Assembly: GCF_023055435.1 (NCBI RefSeq)
Contig: NW_025963924.1
Span: forward strand, 10,168,001 to 10,232,000
Length of the DNA: 64,000 nt
Direction of reading: 5' to 3'
DNA from: Haliotis rufescens
Lineage: Eukaryota
The notes under the pieces were generated by a model. That model did no database searches. It was not told the origin of the DNA and saw only the letters and a program-made list of their open reading frames with translations. Both the position numbers and the translations under genes were made by a program. Of this stretch, positions 24,345 to 35,494 are shown piece by piece (the first letter of the stretch is position 1; every line of letters starts with the position of its first letter).

Positions 24345-27300
24345 ATTGTCGTTATTATTATTGTATTCTGTTTTTCTTTTAAGGGTTTGGCATTTCGTAA
24401 GGGTTCCCATCAGTTGTTCAGCGCATCACATGATCGATCCGTGAAAGTCTGGAATCTGGATGAAATGGCTTATGTGGAAACCCTGTAAGTAGTAAGGATG
24501 GAAGCTCTGCTAAGACAAGATGTGAAAACTTTCATGAAAGTGTACATACTACCGGGTATTTGTCATGTTTGTGATGAAAAGTGGCACATAAATTGTTTGT
24601 TTGTTTGTTGCTTACCGCCCCGCTTTGAAAGGAAGTCATGTGATCTCGGGAAAAAGGGAGGTGTACTTGGTGAAAGAACATATACTTTCAAGAGATAAAT
24701 ACAGATTGTTATACAAGCATGTGTGTCATACTGATTTTATGAAACGGGTGTCAGAATTCTTGTATTTCCTGAGCATGAGCGAGGGTAGTACATGAATTCT
24801 TGCATGAGTTGAGTAAAATCAGCATGACACATGTGAGGGAAATAATTTCTGTATCACCCATTATTTCTAAATCCCTTTTAGCTCCCCTTCAGAAAAATGC
24901 ACTGATCACCACTGCTGTCATAGAAAACCACAATTTGTTGAATGATGTCAACAATCTTCAGCTATGATATCGTTTCTAGTGTGACGTTATTCCGATCTTA
25001 CGCCACAATAAGATTTGGATGACGTAAACAATGCCGTCCGGAAAACATAAACAATGCACTGGTGTGCAAGAAGTGGTATTGCACCAGTCCACACACAGTT
25101 TTTATGTTGTTTCTAACCCTATGTGTAATAATGTTGTTTATTAAATGGATGTGTCACGTGAAGATCCAGGTTAGAATATGTCTCCAGCAACCCATGCTTG
25201 TCGTAAAAGACAACTGACAAGATCAGGTGGTCAGACCATCCTGATTTGCCGACTTGGTTGATGCATGTCATCGTATCCCAATTACATGGACCGATGCTTA
25301 TGATGTCAATCACTGGATTGTCTGGTCCAGACTTGATTATTTACAGACCGCCATCATATAGCTGGAATATTGCTGAGTGCGGCTTTCAACAAAAAACAAA
25401 CATAAAGACAACATAAATGGACGCAACTTCCTCCACTATCCAGGGTATTGTGTCGCTATTCCATTGTGACAATGGACACTTTTGCTCTGTTAAGGGAGTG
25501 ACATGACCATTGATAATATCTCTAACTGGGCACATGACTTCTTTCAGTTGGACGAGTACTTTGATTGTACAATTATACAATGTTGTCCTCAAATGGTAGT
25601 GAATTGGTCCAGGACATATGTCAAAAAGTATACGATACACTGGTCAATTGCAGACGGGTATGTAGGTAAGATACTGTGACGTGATTGGTGACTACCGGTA
25701 ATTATGTTTATAGATGAATGAATTTTGTTGTTGTACTTCCGCGTGTTGTTTTATTCAACTTTTAACAAATGTTTGAAGTAGGAAGATCATAGGTATTCCC
25801 GTTAGTGGCCCAACATTTCTGCCATCTTACAGAAAGTGATGTGAAGTGTAAGTCCATGTTGTCTTGTTTAGATTTGGCCACCAGGACTGTCTGACTGGTG
25901 TGGACAGCCTGTCACGTGACCGGGCAGTGACATCTGGTGGCAGGGATCGGACGGTGCGGGTGTGGAAGATCATCGAGGAATCACAACTCATCTTCCACGG
26001 ACACGTGTGCGTAGACATTTCAAAGATAAATAGTCTTACAATAGCAATTTTGCAAAATATACGTTCAGTAATTTCTGAAAATGACCTGGATAGTGATTTA
26101 TATGTCCGCTTAACGAAAAGCAAATGGTTACAAGTAGTGACACTCAACTCAGTTTGGAGCTATGTGTTTTGTTGCTATTTGCAAGTTAGAGTTGCCCCCC
26201 TTGATCATACAAGGATCATATCACCTTATCATTATGATCCTTGGTTTGTCAGCACCACACCCGTGCTCGTAGTTTTCACCAGAGTGGTTGACCCGCATTA
26301 CTCCGGGTTTCTCCCACATTAAGCACTCGCCGCGAATAGCTGCAAGATTGCTGATGCGGCGTTAAGCAAAACTTACTCACTCACTCCCACATTAAGCAGA
26401 CTTGATGTGGTGTAACAAAACCACTGTTCAAAGCAGCATTAAACCCAACTCACTCACTCACCCACTTCATAGGCCATGGAACATTACTGATCCCTTCAAC
26501 CACTAGTTTGTGTGGCCCAGACCGATTATTTACAAGCAGCTAAGATATGGTGTGAATATTGCAGATTGGCATGAAACAAAATTCGACCTGTGAAGATCCG
26601 GGTTAGAATAGGGCTTCAGCAACCCATTCTTGCTGTAAAAGGAAGCGTATCCCAGTTGCATGTATCGCTGCTCATGATGTCAAAACTTCTAACTTCTTGG
26701 CACGAGTGAGGGAAGTTTTCAGACCAACATATCTGGTTTCTGTAGGTCAAAAATATAATCAGTGACTCCTAACTGGCATAAAATAAAGCTGGGTTTATAT
26801 ATTGTGGCAGATTCATATGTACCCTGTTGTTTCTGAGTGACATGGCTTCTATACCTATAGGGAGTAGTGTCGAAGGAATATCTGCTTTCTGTATGGGTTT
26901 TGATTTGTACAAATCGAAATGTGGTGATAAAAAGCAACGCCAACTCACTTTAGGAAGCTGACACCTGATTGTCACAGGAACCCACACATCCTGTGTTTAG
27001 TTTGGAGACAAAGTTGTCTCAGGGTCCACCTCTCACAGCCTGCTATGGAGATTTCCTCAGGGAGTTACTGTATCGGGGTAGAAGGCCTGATAGTCCTGAG
27101 ATTAGGAGTGCCACGTATAGACAAATTGTGTATTGTTCACCTGGATGATGTCTGTCTTGCAGTGGCTGCGGCTCTATAGACTGTGTGTCTCTCATCAACG
27201 AGTCAACGTTCGTCACAGGGGCTGATGACAAGTGAGTTGATTCTGTTGTATAGTTCATTGCCGATTGATTAGACGTACAGTTGATTACTGATTGATTAGG

Positions 27301-30300
27301 CATACAGTTGACTACTGGTTGATTAGATACAGTTGACTCCTGATTGATCAGACGTACAGTTGACTGCCGATTGATTAGACGTACCGTGGACTGCTGATTG
27401 ATTAGATATAGTTGACTCCTGATTGATTAGACGTACAGTTGACAGACAATTGATTAGATGTACAGTTGACAGACGATTGATTATTAGACGTACAGTTGAC
27501 TGCCAATTGATTAGATATAGTTGACTGCCTGATTGATAAGACGAAACCACAGATAATTTGGCCATTATACTCCAAAGTATTGACTGTGAATATGTTGAAA
27601 CCACTGTTAATTTGGACATTATACTCCAAAGTATTGACTGATATGATAATACCCTGGTGATGTTGACTGCCTGCAGCTCCGTGTCGCTGTGGAGTGTCAA
27701 CAAGAAGAAGCCCCTCACTACCGTCAAGCAGGCCCACAAGGCAGGGGAAGGTCAAGGTCACCAGGAGAACTGGATCAGCGCAGTTGTCTCCCTTCAAAAC
27801 ACTGACCTTGTTGTGTCCGGTAGGTCACCAGGGCATCAGAGAATACATGGTGTCCCTTGTTTAACAAATATCAGCTTGGTGACTTGGATGATTGTGTGTA
27901 ATGGTACCCCGACTCACAATATCGATCACTGGATTGTTGATTATTTTCAGGACGCCGTCATATACCAGGAATATTGCCGAGTGCGGTGTTAAAGATCAAA
28001 CATTATCTTGGCGTCTTATATTCGGAAGCACAATATCTTTTGAAACACACTATTTTCAGAATGTCCAAATTATCCAGTGAATGATGTTACTTTTGTTTAA
28101 ATATTATTATTTTTACATCTTGTCCTCACAGGACATGAAATGATCCGTCTTTTTATAGTGAAGCTGCAACAGTGCAAGATGAATGATAATCATTTAGTGA
28201 CTCTAAGATGAAGTGATAAACCCAATAAATAGCACTTAGTTCTTTTTTGGATATTTTTATGACAAAAATTACTCTTAACACATTATAATATTTTCATTCC
28301 TTATATTTTCGATATGTTTTATACGAAAACACACTGAGCTGCTAGTCTCCATGTCTTGGACATCCAACTGTAGATGTGTTCCGTCTGTGTCAGCAGGGGC
28401 TCGTGATGGATCTGTCAGGTTCTGGAAGTGCGGAGCAGAGTTCAAGTCTCTCACCTGCATAGCATCACTACCTGTGGTAAGTCATCAACACCTGTGGTAA
28501 GTCATCACCACCTGTGATAAGTCATCTCTACCTGTGGTAAGACATCACTACCTGTGATAAGTCATCACTACACGTGGTAAGACATCACTACCCGTGATTA
28601 GTCATCACTACACGTGGTAAGACATCACTACCCGTGGTAAGTCATCACTACCTGTGGTAAGACATCACTACCTGTGGTAAGACATCACTACCTGTGGTAA
28701 GTCATCACTACCTGTAGTAAGACATCACTACCTGTGGTAAGTCATCACTACCTGTGATAAGTCATCACTACCTGTGGTAAGTCATCACTACCTGTAGTAA
28801 GACATCACTACCTGTGATAAGTCATCACTACCTGTGGTAAGTCATCACTACCTGTGATATGTCATCACCACCTGTGGTAAGTCATCTCTACCTGTGGTAA
28901 GACATCACTACCTGTGATAAGTCATCACTACCTGTGGTAAGACATCACTACCTGTGGTAAGACATCACTACCCGTGATAAGTCATCACTACCTGTAGTAA
29001 GACATCACTACCTGTGGTAAGACATCACTACCCGTGATAAGTCATCACTACCTGTGGTAAGTCATAACTACCTGTGATATGTCATCACCACCTGTGGTCA
29101 GTCATCACTACCTGTGGTAAGACATCACTACCTGTGGTCAGTCATCTCTACCTGTGGTAAGTCATCACCACCTGTGGTAAGTCATCACCACCTGTGGTTA
29201 GACATCACTACCTGTGGTAAGTCATCACTACCTGTGGTAAGACATCACTACCTGTGATAAGACATCACCACCTGTGGTAAGACATCACCACCTGTGGTAA
29301 GTCATCACCACCTGTGATAAGACATCACTACCTGTGGTAAGACATCACTACCTGTGATATGTCATCACTGCCTGTGGTATGTCATCACTACCTGTGGTTA
29401 GACATCACTACCTGTGGTAAGTCATCACTACCTGTGGTAAGACATCACTACCTGTGATAAGACATCACCACCTGTGGTAAGACATCACCACCTGTGGTAA
29501 GTCATCACCACCTGTGATAAGACATCACTACCTGTGGTAAGACATCACTACCTGTGATATGTCATCACTGCCTGTGGTATGTCATCACTACCTGTGGTAA
29601 GTCATCACCACCTGGGGTAAGTCATCACTACCTGTGATATGTCATCACTACCTGTGGTATGTCATCACTACCTGTGGTAAGTCATCACCACCTGTGGTAT
29701 GTCATCACTACCTGTGGTAAGTCATCACCACCTGTGGTAAGACATCACCACCTGTGGTAAGACATCACTACCCGTGATAAGTCATCACCACCTGTGGTAT
29801 GTCATCACTACCTGTGGTAAGTCATCACCACCTGTGGTAAGACATCACCACCTGTGGTAAATCATCACTACCTGTGGTAAGACGTCACTACCTGTGGTAA
29901 GTCATCACCACCTGTGATAAGACATCACTACCTGTGGTAAGACACCTGAAGCTGAATATCACATTAATCCCAACTCTTTAGCACAGTGGGCCCAGTTGGT
30001 CCAGTCGTCTATGGCGCTTTGCAGAGCTACGTCCCTTAGACAAGCCAGAAACTTATCGTTAAATGTCCCTGATTATTTTTCTAGATTTGCAGCTTTTTGC
30101 TTTTGGGTGTGACCAAATTGGTAAACATCTGAGACTTGCATCACTTTGTATAACTAAAATGCTGCTTGATGAGAGTTAAATCTAACTCACTCACTCTCTC
30201 ACTGTCTGTTACAGAAGGGGTTTGTAAACAGCCTGCAGTTCTCGGGGGACGGGCGTGTCCTGGTGTTGGGGGTAGGGCAGGAGCACCGACTGGGGCGCTG

Positions 30301-30361
30301 GTGGAGGGACAAGACGGCCAGGAACTCACTCTTCATCATCCCCATCAAGAAGAAGTCATAG
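8981..30361 (+). CDS. RRP9: RRP9 / U3 snoRNA-interacting protein 2 (U3-55K), whole 14-exon gene, 468 aa
   Basis: join(8981-9025,10939-11051,12023-12141,12703-12770,13562-13603,14779-14905,15695-15819,16416-16508,24384-24484,25872-26006,27163-27231,27677-27819,28397-28476,30215-30361) = 1407 nt. All introns are GT-AG with compatible phases. Family motifs: ETAQEKKLRLTKQYL, WD40 repeats, YVETLFGHQD, KIIEESQLIF, C-terminal GQEHRLGRWW. Confidence 0.95.
10939..11051 (+). CDS. RRP9: RRP9 exon 2 (SKLKKPAG...DEEINSESEVD)
   Basis: ttgcag acceptor, AG|GTACAT donor; basic then acidic N-terminal region. Confidence 0.85.
11314..11680 (+). mobile_element. Helentron-type non-autonomous element (HINE-like)
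   Basis: TTTATCCCCC start with subterminal hairpin, (GTCC)n tract, inverted GGGGTGGGGGAATA near the 3' end and terminal hairpin GCCAC..GTGGC. Confidence 0.6.
12023..12141 (+). CDS. RRP9: RRP9 exon 3 (..SSDEEAETAQEKKLRLTKQYLAQLE..)
   Basis: tttcag acceptor, G|GTAGGT donor; conserved ETAQEKKLRL motif. Confidence 0.92.
12703..12770 (+). CDS. RRP9: RRP9 exon 4 (EADREEEDGATRDVISHRLKQDQ)
   Basis: ctgacag acceptor, CAG|GTGAGC donor. Confidence 0.9.
12987..13480 (+). mobile_element. SINE family A, two tandem copies
   Basis: Similar to 52420-52689; (CAAA)n tail at about 13216-13250. Confidence 0.8.
13562..13603 (+). CDS. RRP9: RRP9 exon 5 (LELAGKLQREVADS)
   Basis: tttcag acceptor, GTAAGT donor; GKLQR.VA motif. 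Confidence 0.9.
13850..14140 (+). mobile_element. tRNA-derived SINE family D
   Basis: tRNA-like head; GTATTCATGTTAAACTG..GGTATCTCAGTG..TAGCACTATAA body shared with 1500-1803, 42405-42630, 44240-44592 and 63870-64000. Confidence 0.75.
14779..14905 (+). CDS. RRP9: RRP9 exon 6 (WD40: LRGHKLPVTCVVISPD..SKDCSLIKW)
   Basis: ttgcag acceptor, GTGAGT donor; WD40 repeat. Confidence 0.95.
15695..15819 (+). CDS. RRP9: RRP9 exon 7 (GHTSHILCLAISTDGKFL)
   Basis: acag acceptor, GTGAGT donor; WD40 repeat. Confidence 0.95.
15986..16063. repeat. (GTTTT)n microsatellite
   Basis: Directly visible. Confidence 0.95.
16416..16508 (+). CDS. RRP9: RRP9 exon 8 (ASGDRNNVIHIWD..GHRDAVS)
   Basis: tgcag acceptor, GTACGT donor; WD40 repeat. 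Confidence 0.95.
16586..17017. repeat. 36-bp minisatellite, about 12 copies
   Basis: Unit ATCCACGCCAGTAATACATG(C/T)AACATCTCATGATGG. Confidence 0.95.
17561..19338 (+). pseudogene. gag: DIRS gag remnant
   Basis: N-terminal CxxC..DPHKYCPSC..CKKC Cys/His cluster, then frameshifted low-complexity R/S/D-rich sequence. Confidence 0.8.
19335..20207 (+). pseudogene. DIRS reverse transcriptase remnant
   Basis: VGGRL, LDLQDAYLHVPI, LPIGISTAP, YLDV in place of YLDD, LGWIVNFQKS; N-terminal deletion and frameshifts. Confidence 0.92.
20190..20998 (+). pseudogene. DIRS RNase H plus DNA N6-adenine methyltransferase-like domain
   Basis: DASLEGWGA, HINYLEM, SDNSTVV, HIPGAKNVIADALSR, then DLFA..N..LPRF, DAL..W, YAFPP, PYWP..WFP in one open frame. 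Confidence 0.9.
20998..21961 (+). pseudogene. DIRS tyrosine recombinase remnant
   Basis: PAWDLDVVL, LCPVRALRIYL, HEVRA, FWRSTSVFASHYLR; internal stops at about 21070 and a central deletion. Confidence 0.9.
22146..22566 (+). repeat. Three tandem repeats of about 140 bp in the DIRS 3' non-coding region
   Basis: AGTTAC unit starts at 22150, 22291 and 22431; several internal hairpins. Confidence 0.9.
22689..22773. repeat. DIRS internal complementary region (ICR)
   Basis: 22689-22723 is complementary to the left end (17198-17232); 22727-22773 is complementary to the right end (22967-23013). Confidence 0.92.
23195..23560 (+). mobile_element. Helentron-type non-autonomous remnant
   Basis: TTATTATCC..GGGGGTTATAG start followed by a (GTCC)n tract; 3' end unclear. 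Confidence 0.5.
23914..24076 (-). mobile_element. tRNA-derived SINE family B nested in an older CORE-like SINE
   Basis: Reverse complement of family B; TSD CACAAAT(C/T)AGGTGA. Confidence 0.88.
24384..24484 (+). CDS. RRP9: RRP9 exon 9 (GLAFRKGSHQLFSASHDRSVKVWNLDEMAYVETL)
   Basis: Polypyrimidine tract plus aag acceptor, GTAAGT donor; highly conserved peptide. Confidence 0.96.
24700..25131. mobile_element. Crypton-like non-autonomous repeat (copy 1)
   Basis: Homologous to 34135-34472; long imperfect hairpin around GAG..GCGAGGG; ends TTCTAACCCTATG(T/G)GTAATAA. Confidence 0.55.
25156..25400 (+). mobile_element. SINE family A
   Basis: Similar to 52420-52689. Confidence 0.8.
25872..26006 (+). CDS. 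RRP9: RRP9 exon 10 (FGHQD..GGRDRTVRVWKIIEESQLIFHGH)
   Basis: tttag acceptor, GTGCGT donor; conserved peptide. Confidence 0.95.
27163..27231 (+). CDS. RRP9: RRP9 exon 11 (GSIDCVSLINESTFVTGADD)
   Basis: ttgcag acceptor, GTGAGT donor. Confidence 0.95.
27263..27543. repeat. Degenerate minisatellite of about 27 bp in RRP9 intron 11
   Basis: Unit approximately GATTGATTAGACGTACAGTTGACTGCC. Confidence 0.85.
27677..27819 (+). CDS. RRP9: RRP9 exon 12 (SLWSVNKKKPL..ENWISAV..TDLVVS)
   Basis: ctgcag acceptor, GTAGGT donor; KKKP motif. Confidence 0.95.
28397..28476 (+). CDS. RRP9: RRP9 exon 13 (GARDGSVRFWKCGAEFKSLTCIASLPV)
   Basis: CAGCAG acceptor, GTG|GTAAGT donor. Confidence 0.93.
28463..29944 (+). 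repeat. 20-bp minisatellite, about 74 copies, derived from the exon 13/intron 13 junction
   Basis: Unit CATCACTACCTGTGGTAAGT; the first unit overlaps RRP9 exon 13. Confidence 0.97.
30215..30361 (+). CDS. RRP9: RRP9 exon 14, terminal (KGFVNSLQFS..GQEHRLGRWW..KKKS*)
   Basis: ttacag acceptor; diagnostic GQEHRLGRWW; TAG at 30359-30361. Confidence 0.96.
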   Translation, partial: KGFVNSLQFSGDGRVLVLGVGQEHRLGRWWRDKTARNSLFIIPIKKKS

Positions 30362-30372
30362 AGCTTCATCAC

Positions 30373-30378
30373 AATAAA
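30373..30378 (+). terminator. Candidate RRP9 polyadenylation signal AATAAA
   Basis: AATAAA 11 nt after the stop codon, followed by T/GT-rich sequence. Confidence 0.55.
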
Positions 30379-33023
30379 TATTTTGTATATAGCTGTAGTT
30401 TGTAGTTATTGTGTGGGAAAAGACATGATCATCCAGGATCATCCAGGATTGTCCCGTGTACTCTCTCCATTGTATTACTGTCAATACCCAGGACCCATTT
30501 CCTACCACAGCTTCATTAGACTGATGACAGAATAGGTAGGCATTGTGATGCATTACTCCACTGAATGTTGTTACTGATTGGAAGTGGTGTCTACAGATTT
30601 TTTGTTGACTAAATATTTATGAGAATTGACTTGGACAGGGTTTTGAGTTTATGGAGTCAACATAATAACTAGTGTGCACGCTGTGTAAACTAAAGTGTGC
30701 GTGCCATTGATTATGTATCTAGTTTTAAACAAAAAAGTATTAATTGAAACCAATTCTTAAATAGAATGGAGATATTGGACAATCATGGATCACCCATTAT
30801 GTTCAGGTTAAGATGACTGTGTCAGGGGCACTGGGGACTTCCAACAGTGTGGATGGTCATCCTGCTGGCGAGCCTCACTAAAGTTGGCCCCTTCATGTCG
30901 GGAATCGGTTGCACGGTCCTCTACGGCTTTGCAATTTGCTGTGCAGAGTTGGGCCTGCCAACAATCTATGATCATGGGTTCGAATCCAGGTTAGCCCTGA
31001 TTATGTTTCTAGGTTGGTCAGCACCATACCCATGCTTGTGGGTTTCACCAAGGTGGTAAAGGTCTGAGACTGGCATCACTTCAGGCTTTCCTCCAACATC
31101 AAGCTGGGAGGTGATGTAAGTGGAATACTGTTTGGTGTTGAAACCCAACTCCCTTACTCTCACTCACTCACTCACTCACTCACATGCATTATCTAAAAAA
31201 ATGGCATCCCATCTTACACGTCATGGTTGTCTCATAAGAGCCGACTATGAGAAATTGAGAAATATGATTCGTTTCTCCGACTATCAGCAACTGGTATACC
31301 TGTTCTGACTCGGCAGAGGACTGTGGCCAATACAAATTGCTTACACTGCAAAGAGATCCCAGACCAGTATCACTGAAGAGTCCAGGGGTGACTGTGTCAG
31401 ATCTGAAGCCAGCTTCACCATGCATGTCCCAGAACCACCAGGACAGGTAAGTTCCCCGATGAATAATGCTTGTGGTAAGCAACTTTGTCATTGGTCTGGG
31501 TGACATTGTTGATTGTCACCATACACTGGAATATGATTTTGATTGTATCAATCACTGAATTGTCTGGTCCAGAAAGCTGGAATATTGCTGAGTGTGGAAC
31601 TTAAATGGGGATCAGGTGGTCATGTTTAGGTTGATCGATATTTCACCAGACTGGCATTAAACAGCATTGACTCCACTAAAGTTCAAAAGAATTGTTTTTT
31701 TGTCTTTTAACGCAATATTCCAGCTATATGATGGTTGTCTGAAAATAGTCTAGTCTCTACCACACAATCTAGTGATTGACATCATGAGCATTGGAATCCG
31801 TCAGTAGTCAGAATAGTCAGTCTGACCACCCAATCCCGTCACCTCTTGCCACAAGTATGGGTTGGTGAAGACAATTCTAATCCGGATCATCACAGGTCGA
31901 TATACAATGAGAAGACGGTTCATAGAACAGCTGTGAGTTGTCTGTGACTGGGACTTCAGGGCTGTGAAAAGCCCCTCCTTCACCAACAGATGCACCATAC
32001 ACATGACACCAACTCAGAGTACCTTCAAAACCATATTTATTCCAAGGAGTAAAACCCAAACAATGAAGTAAGGCCACTACAGTGTATGGTTGCATATACT
32101 GTGGATGTGCAGCGTCAGGACCATCTAGAGTGGCTAACAGCAGGACTAGGAGATTATACATGGGTCAAAACTGCCAGTGAAGAGGCGAACATGAACAAGA
32201 ATGCACACACCAATGACAAAAGAATAAATTAATGTCTGAATATCAATCATGAAGTGACCACAATTATTTACGATTCTACATGTGATTTTGGCAATATGTT
32301 CACCCTGTCATCTACTGGTTTGTTGGGAGCAGGCTTGAGGATTCTAGGACAGAATGGTACCACATATAGGTACCATGTCCAATGGTGGTATATTTTTTAT
32401 CACCATTTAAAACTATTACCTAGCTAATTAAAAAAATGTGTACAAAGCAGTTTCGTGTTATGTGATCCCTGTGTCTTTATTTCTGTTTTGCAAGATTCCG
32501 GAATCCTAGCCAAAACCATGACTTCCAGTACTTACGATATACTTTCTATTCCAACAGGAAAGCTTACATCAAATATCATCCTCGATAATCTAGGGCATTA
32601 TATTTCCATATTATTGTGGTAAATACCGTGGACCCATTCACTACAATAGCCTCGTTTTTGAGCCCCGAATGGCAGGATGCTAATAAAATAGGGCGTACAG
32701 TCATATAAATCATGAGCGAGAGAAAAACTATGCTGTTAGTGATGATAAATGGAGATACGGACCTGAAACGAACCTGTGCGGGGACTGGGCCCTGGGTCCA
32801 GGGTGTTTATCGTAATAATGGAGATATATTACCCTGGATAATCGAGGATGCTCGGATATTGGGATTATTATTTTGTCACCATCAGTTAGAAGTAACCTGA
32901 ATTCCCTATGATGTTATGTACCTTACATTCCCATTGGTGTTGGACTACAATATATGTATATATATATGTACAAGATAAACAAGTGATTGAGCAACAAAAA
33001 GGAAGGATGAAGCTGGTGAAATG

Positions 33024-33271
33024 AGGGACCAGTCATTAATCATAGGGTTGGAGTTACCCGATTCTAAATAAAAAATATTTCATACATATGTTGCAACTCC
33101 CCCAAAGACTTGTACACTTTCCCACTAACACCCCGACCACCCATATATGTAGTTATTTTCTTAACCGTTCCCCTTAAACTATACAGTTATGTATTGGTGT
33201 ATTGGATGAGAACCTCCCTTGCCTATCTCTTGCGTCGCTTCGCCCCGCCCCGCAATAAATGACTGGTCCCT
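33024..33271. mobile_element. MITE with AGGGACCAGTCATT TIRs
   Basis: Exact 14-bp inverted termini; a related pair lies at 41440-41835. Confidence 0.6.
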
Positions 33272-34134
33272 GCAATGATATACATCTTTAGCAAGCTACT
33301 CTGCAACATTAAACATGTACACCTCATAAGATAACATCATCTGTACATTTACATCTTGTGGGAGGTATTTAATTGAAAACTGATTGAAACTGGTAAAATA
33401 AAACATTTTGAATCTGTTACACTAATAACGTGATTGTCAGTCGGCTCGCACAGGGCGGTAACCATATTCCATATATTATATAAATACAAGTATGTTATTT
33501 ATACATCAGATACGGAGCTTGAACAGCCCTTTAGTCCAGCCACGTGTACCATGGCTCTCCATGCACAGCCCTACTCTGTGTGGAGACCTACCCTGTCTGC
33601 AGCTAGTAGTGAGAGGAAGCGAGAAATATACTCCAAGTCAAAAGTAACGCAGCTCATGGCATTTATTTATCACCTTATCGGTAGCATCAGATTAATGTAG
33701 GAGTATCTCCCAAAGTGATGCAGGTGTTATACGTTTACTATTTTGGTGAATCCCACGGGTATGGTGCCGTTAAAGGCTCAAATTAGGGAGAATCTGGAAT
33801 TCGAACCCACGATCTTAGGATTCTGATACACCTAAGGGACGCAACTGCATATCACCATTACTCTCATCTTAACTCAGACATGTCTGATAGTGCTTCTTCA
33901 TTAATCGACAGTTAAACTGGTCCAGACCAGACACCTGGTGTTGGAAAGGAATGTGTCATTGAAGAGGTTACAGGTATACATTGGTAATACGCAGTATTAA
34001 TTGTATCAGTACCTAGTCATACAATAGACATGATTAATAAACATCTTGTTGGAAGCATAGGCATATAATAAACATCTTGTTGGAAGCATGTATAGTTTAA
34101 TTTGAATTAAAAATGTTGTGATACAAGTCATGAA

Positions 34135-34472
34135 CATAGGGGTTATTACACGAGCATGTGTGTCATACTGACTTTACGAAACGAGTGTCAGAATTCTTGT
34201 ACGTCCGAGAGAGAGCGAGGGTAATGCATGGATTCTTACATTAGTTTCGTAAAATCAATATGAAACACGTGCGATTGTAACAATTTATTTACTACCCATT
34301 ATTTCCCGCGAGCTTAAAAATGTCTTATTACCTATCATTTCTTACACCTTACGTCACAAGATTCGAGCGACGTCAACAATGCCGTCGGGATGACGTAAAC
34401 AATACACTTGTGCGCGTGAAGTGCACATATGGTTTTTATTAACTGGGTTATTTCTAACCCTATGGGTAATAA
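34135..34472. mobile_element. Crypton-like non-autonomous repeat (copy 2)
   Basis: Homologous to 24700-25131. Confidence 0.55.
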
Positions 34473-35331
34473 CACACAGATATGCCCACACGGGTTTATA
34501 ACGCCAAAATAGAACCTACAATATATATGGTTACAAGCAGTGTTCGTATATAAAAGGATCGCTCTGCCTCTGATTGTGACCATATATCTTGTAGGTGCTA
34601 TCTACAAACATGACACGGATTTTTGACAAGTCAGTTCCTCTAAGACTATAACGAGTGAGTCTGGTTTGAACAGTGTCCACTTACATCAGGTGTGTCCGCG
34701 GTCGAGTGAGAAGAAAGCACAAAGTGAAGCCGTGACTGTGGAGAAATGCTGGTACGGAGCTGACAAAACGTGCATCATAACTATTACCAACCAAAGATCA
34801 ACGAACGATTTGCTGATCCTAGCACGCACAGGGGACGTAATTCTGAGTAGGGAATTTCTACTTAAAATTAGATCTTAGTTCTCGCTATCGCTAAACAAAG
34901 ATCTTTGTTTAGCTGCAGCGAAAACTTAGATCTGATTTTTATGAGATTGGGAATGTCGACGAACAGTAGTCTGATTATGACTATCATCTATAATTATTCC
35001 ACAGAAACAGAATATGGCAACTTCAATTACGCACATAGTTTTCTCTCCGCGATTCATTACTAATCTTTTTTAACTGTTTTTTTTCCCGTGCACGGGATGT
35101 TTTCTTTTCTTTTAGGCCTTCCGTATATTTTTCTGAGTTACCCATCTCCTGCTCGCTCTGAATTTTGAATCTGAAGCGAAATAATAAAGTTTCCGTATCT
35201 CAATTGTCCCCGCCGATGCGATATAAAAATATACTTCTACCATTGTGCACTCATAAAAGACCGGTCTTTCTTCAGGTATTTGTATTAAAAATTTGTTTCG
35301 AAGCAAAGCGACTCGATCTACGTCAGAAACT

Positions 35332-35494
35332 GGGGTCGGGTAGGCTAGTGGTTAAAGCGTTCGCTCGTCTCGCCGAAGACCCGGGTTCGATTCCCGACAT
35401 GGGTACAATATGTGAAGCCTAGTTGTGGTGTCCCCTGCCGTGATATTGCTGGAATATTGCTAAAAGCGGCGTTAAACCATACTTACTCACTCAC
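35332..35494 (+). mobile_element. tRNA-derived SINE family B
   Basis: A and B boxes, (CTCA)n tail; flanked by duplicated CTACGTCAGAAACT. Confidence 0.88.

Noticed and set aside
28463-29944. CRISPR-like appearance of this and other arrays
   Set aside because: Head-to-tail repeats with no unique spacers, no cas genes, eukaryotic context
9026-30214. Intronic snoRNAs expected in a ribosome-biogenesis gene
   Set aside because: No convincing C/D box pair with terminal stem or H/ACA structure seen by eye; a snoRNA covariance search would be needed
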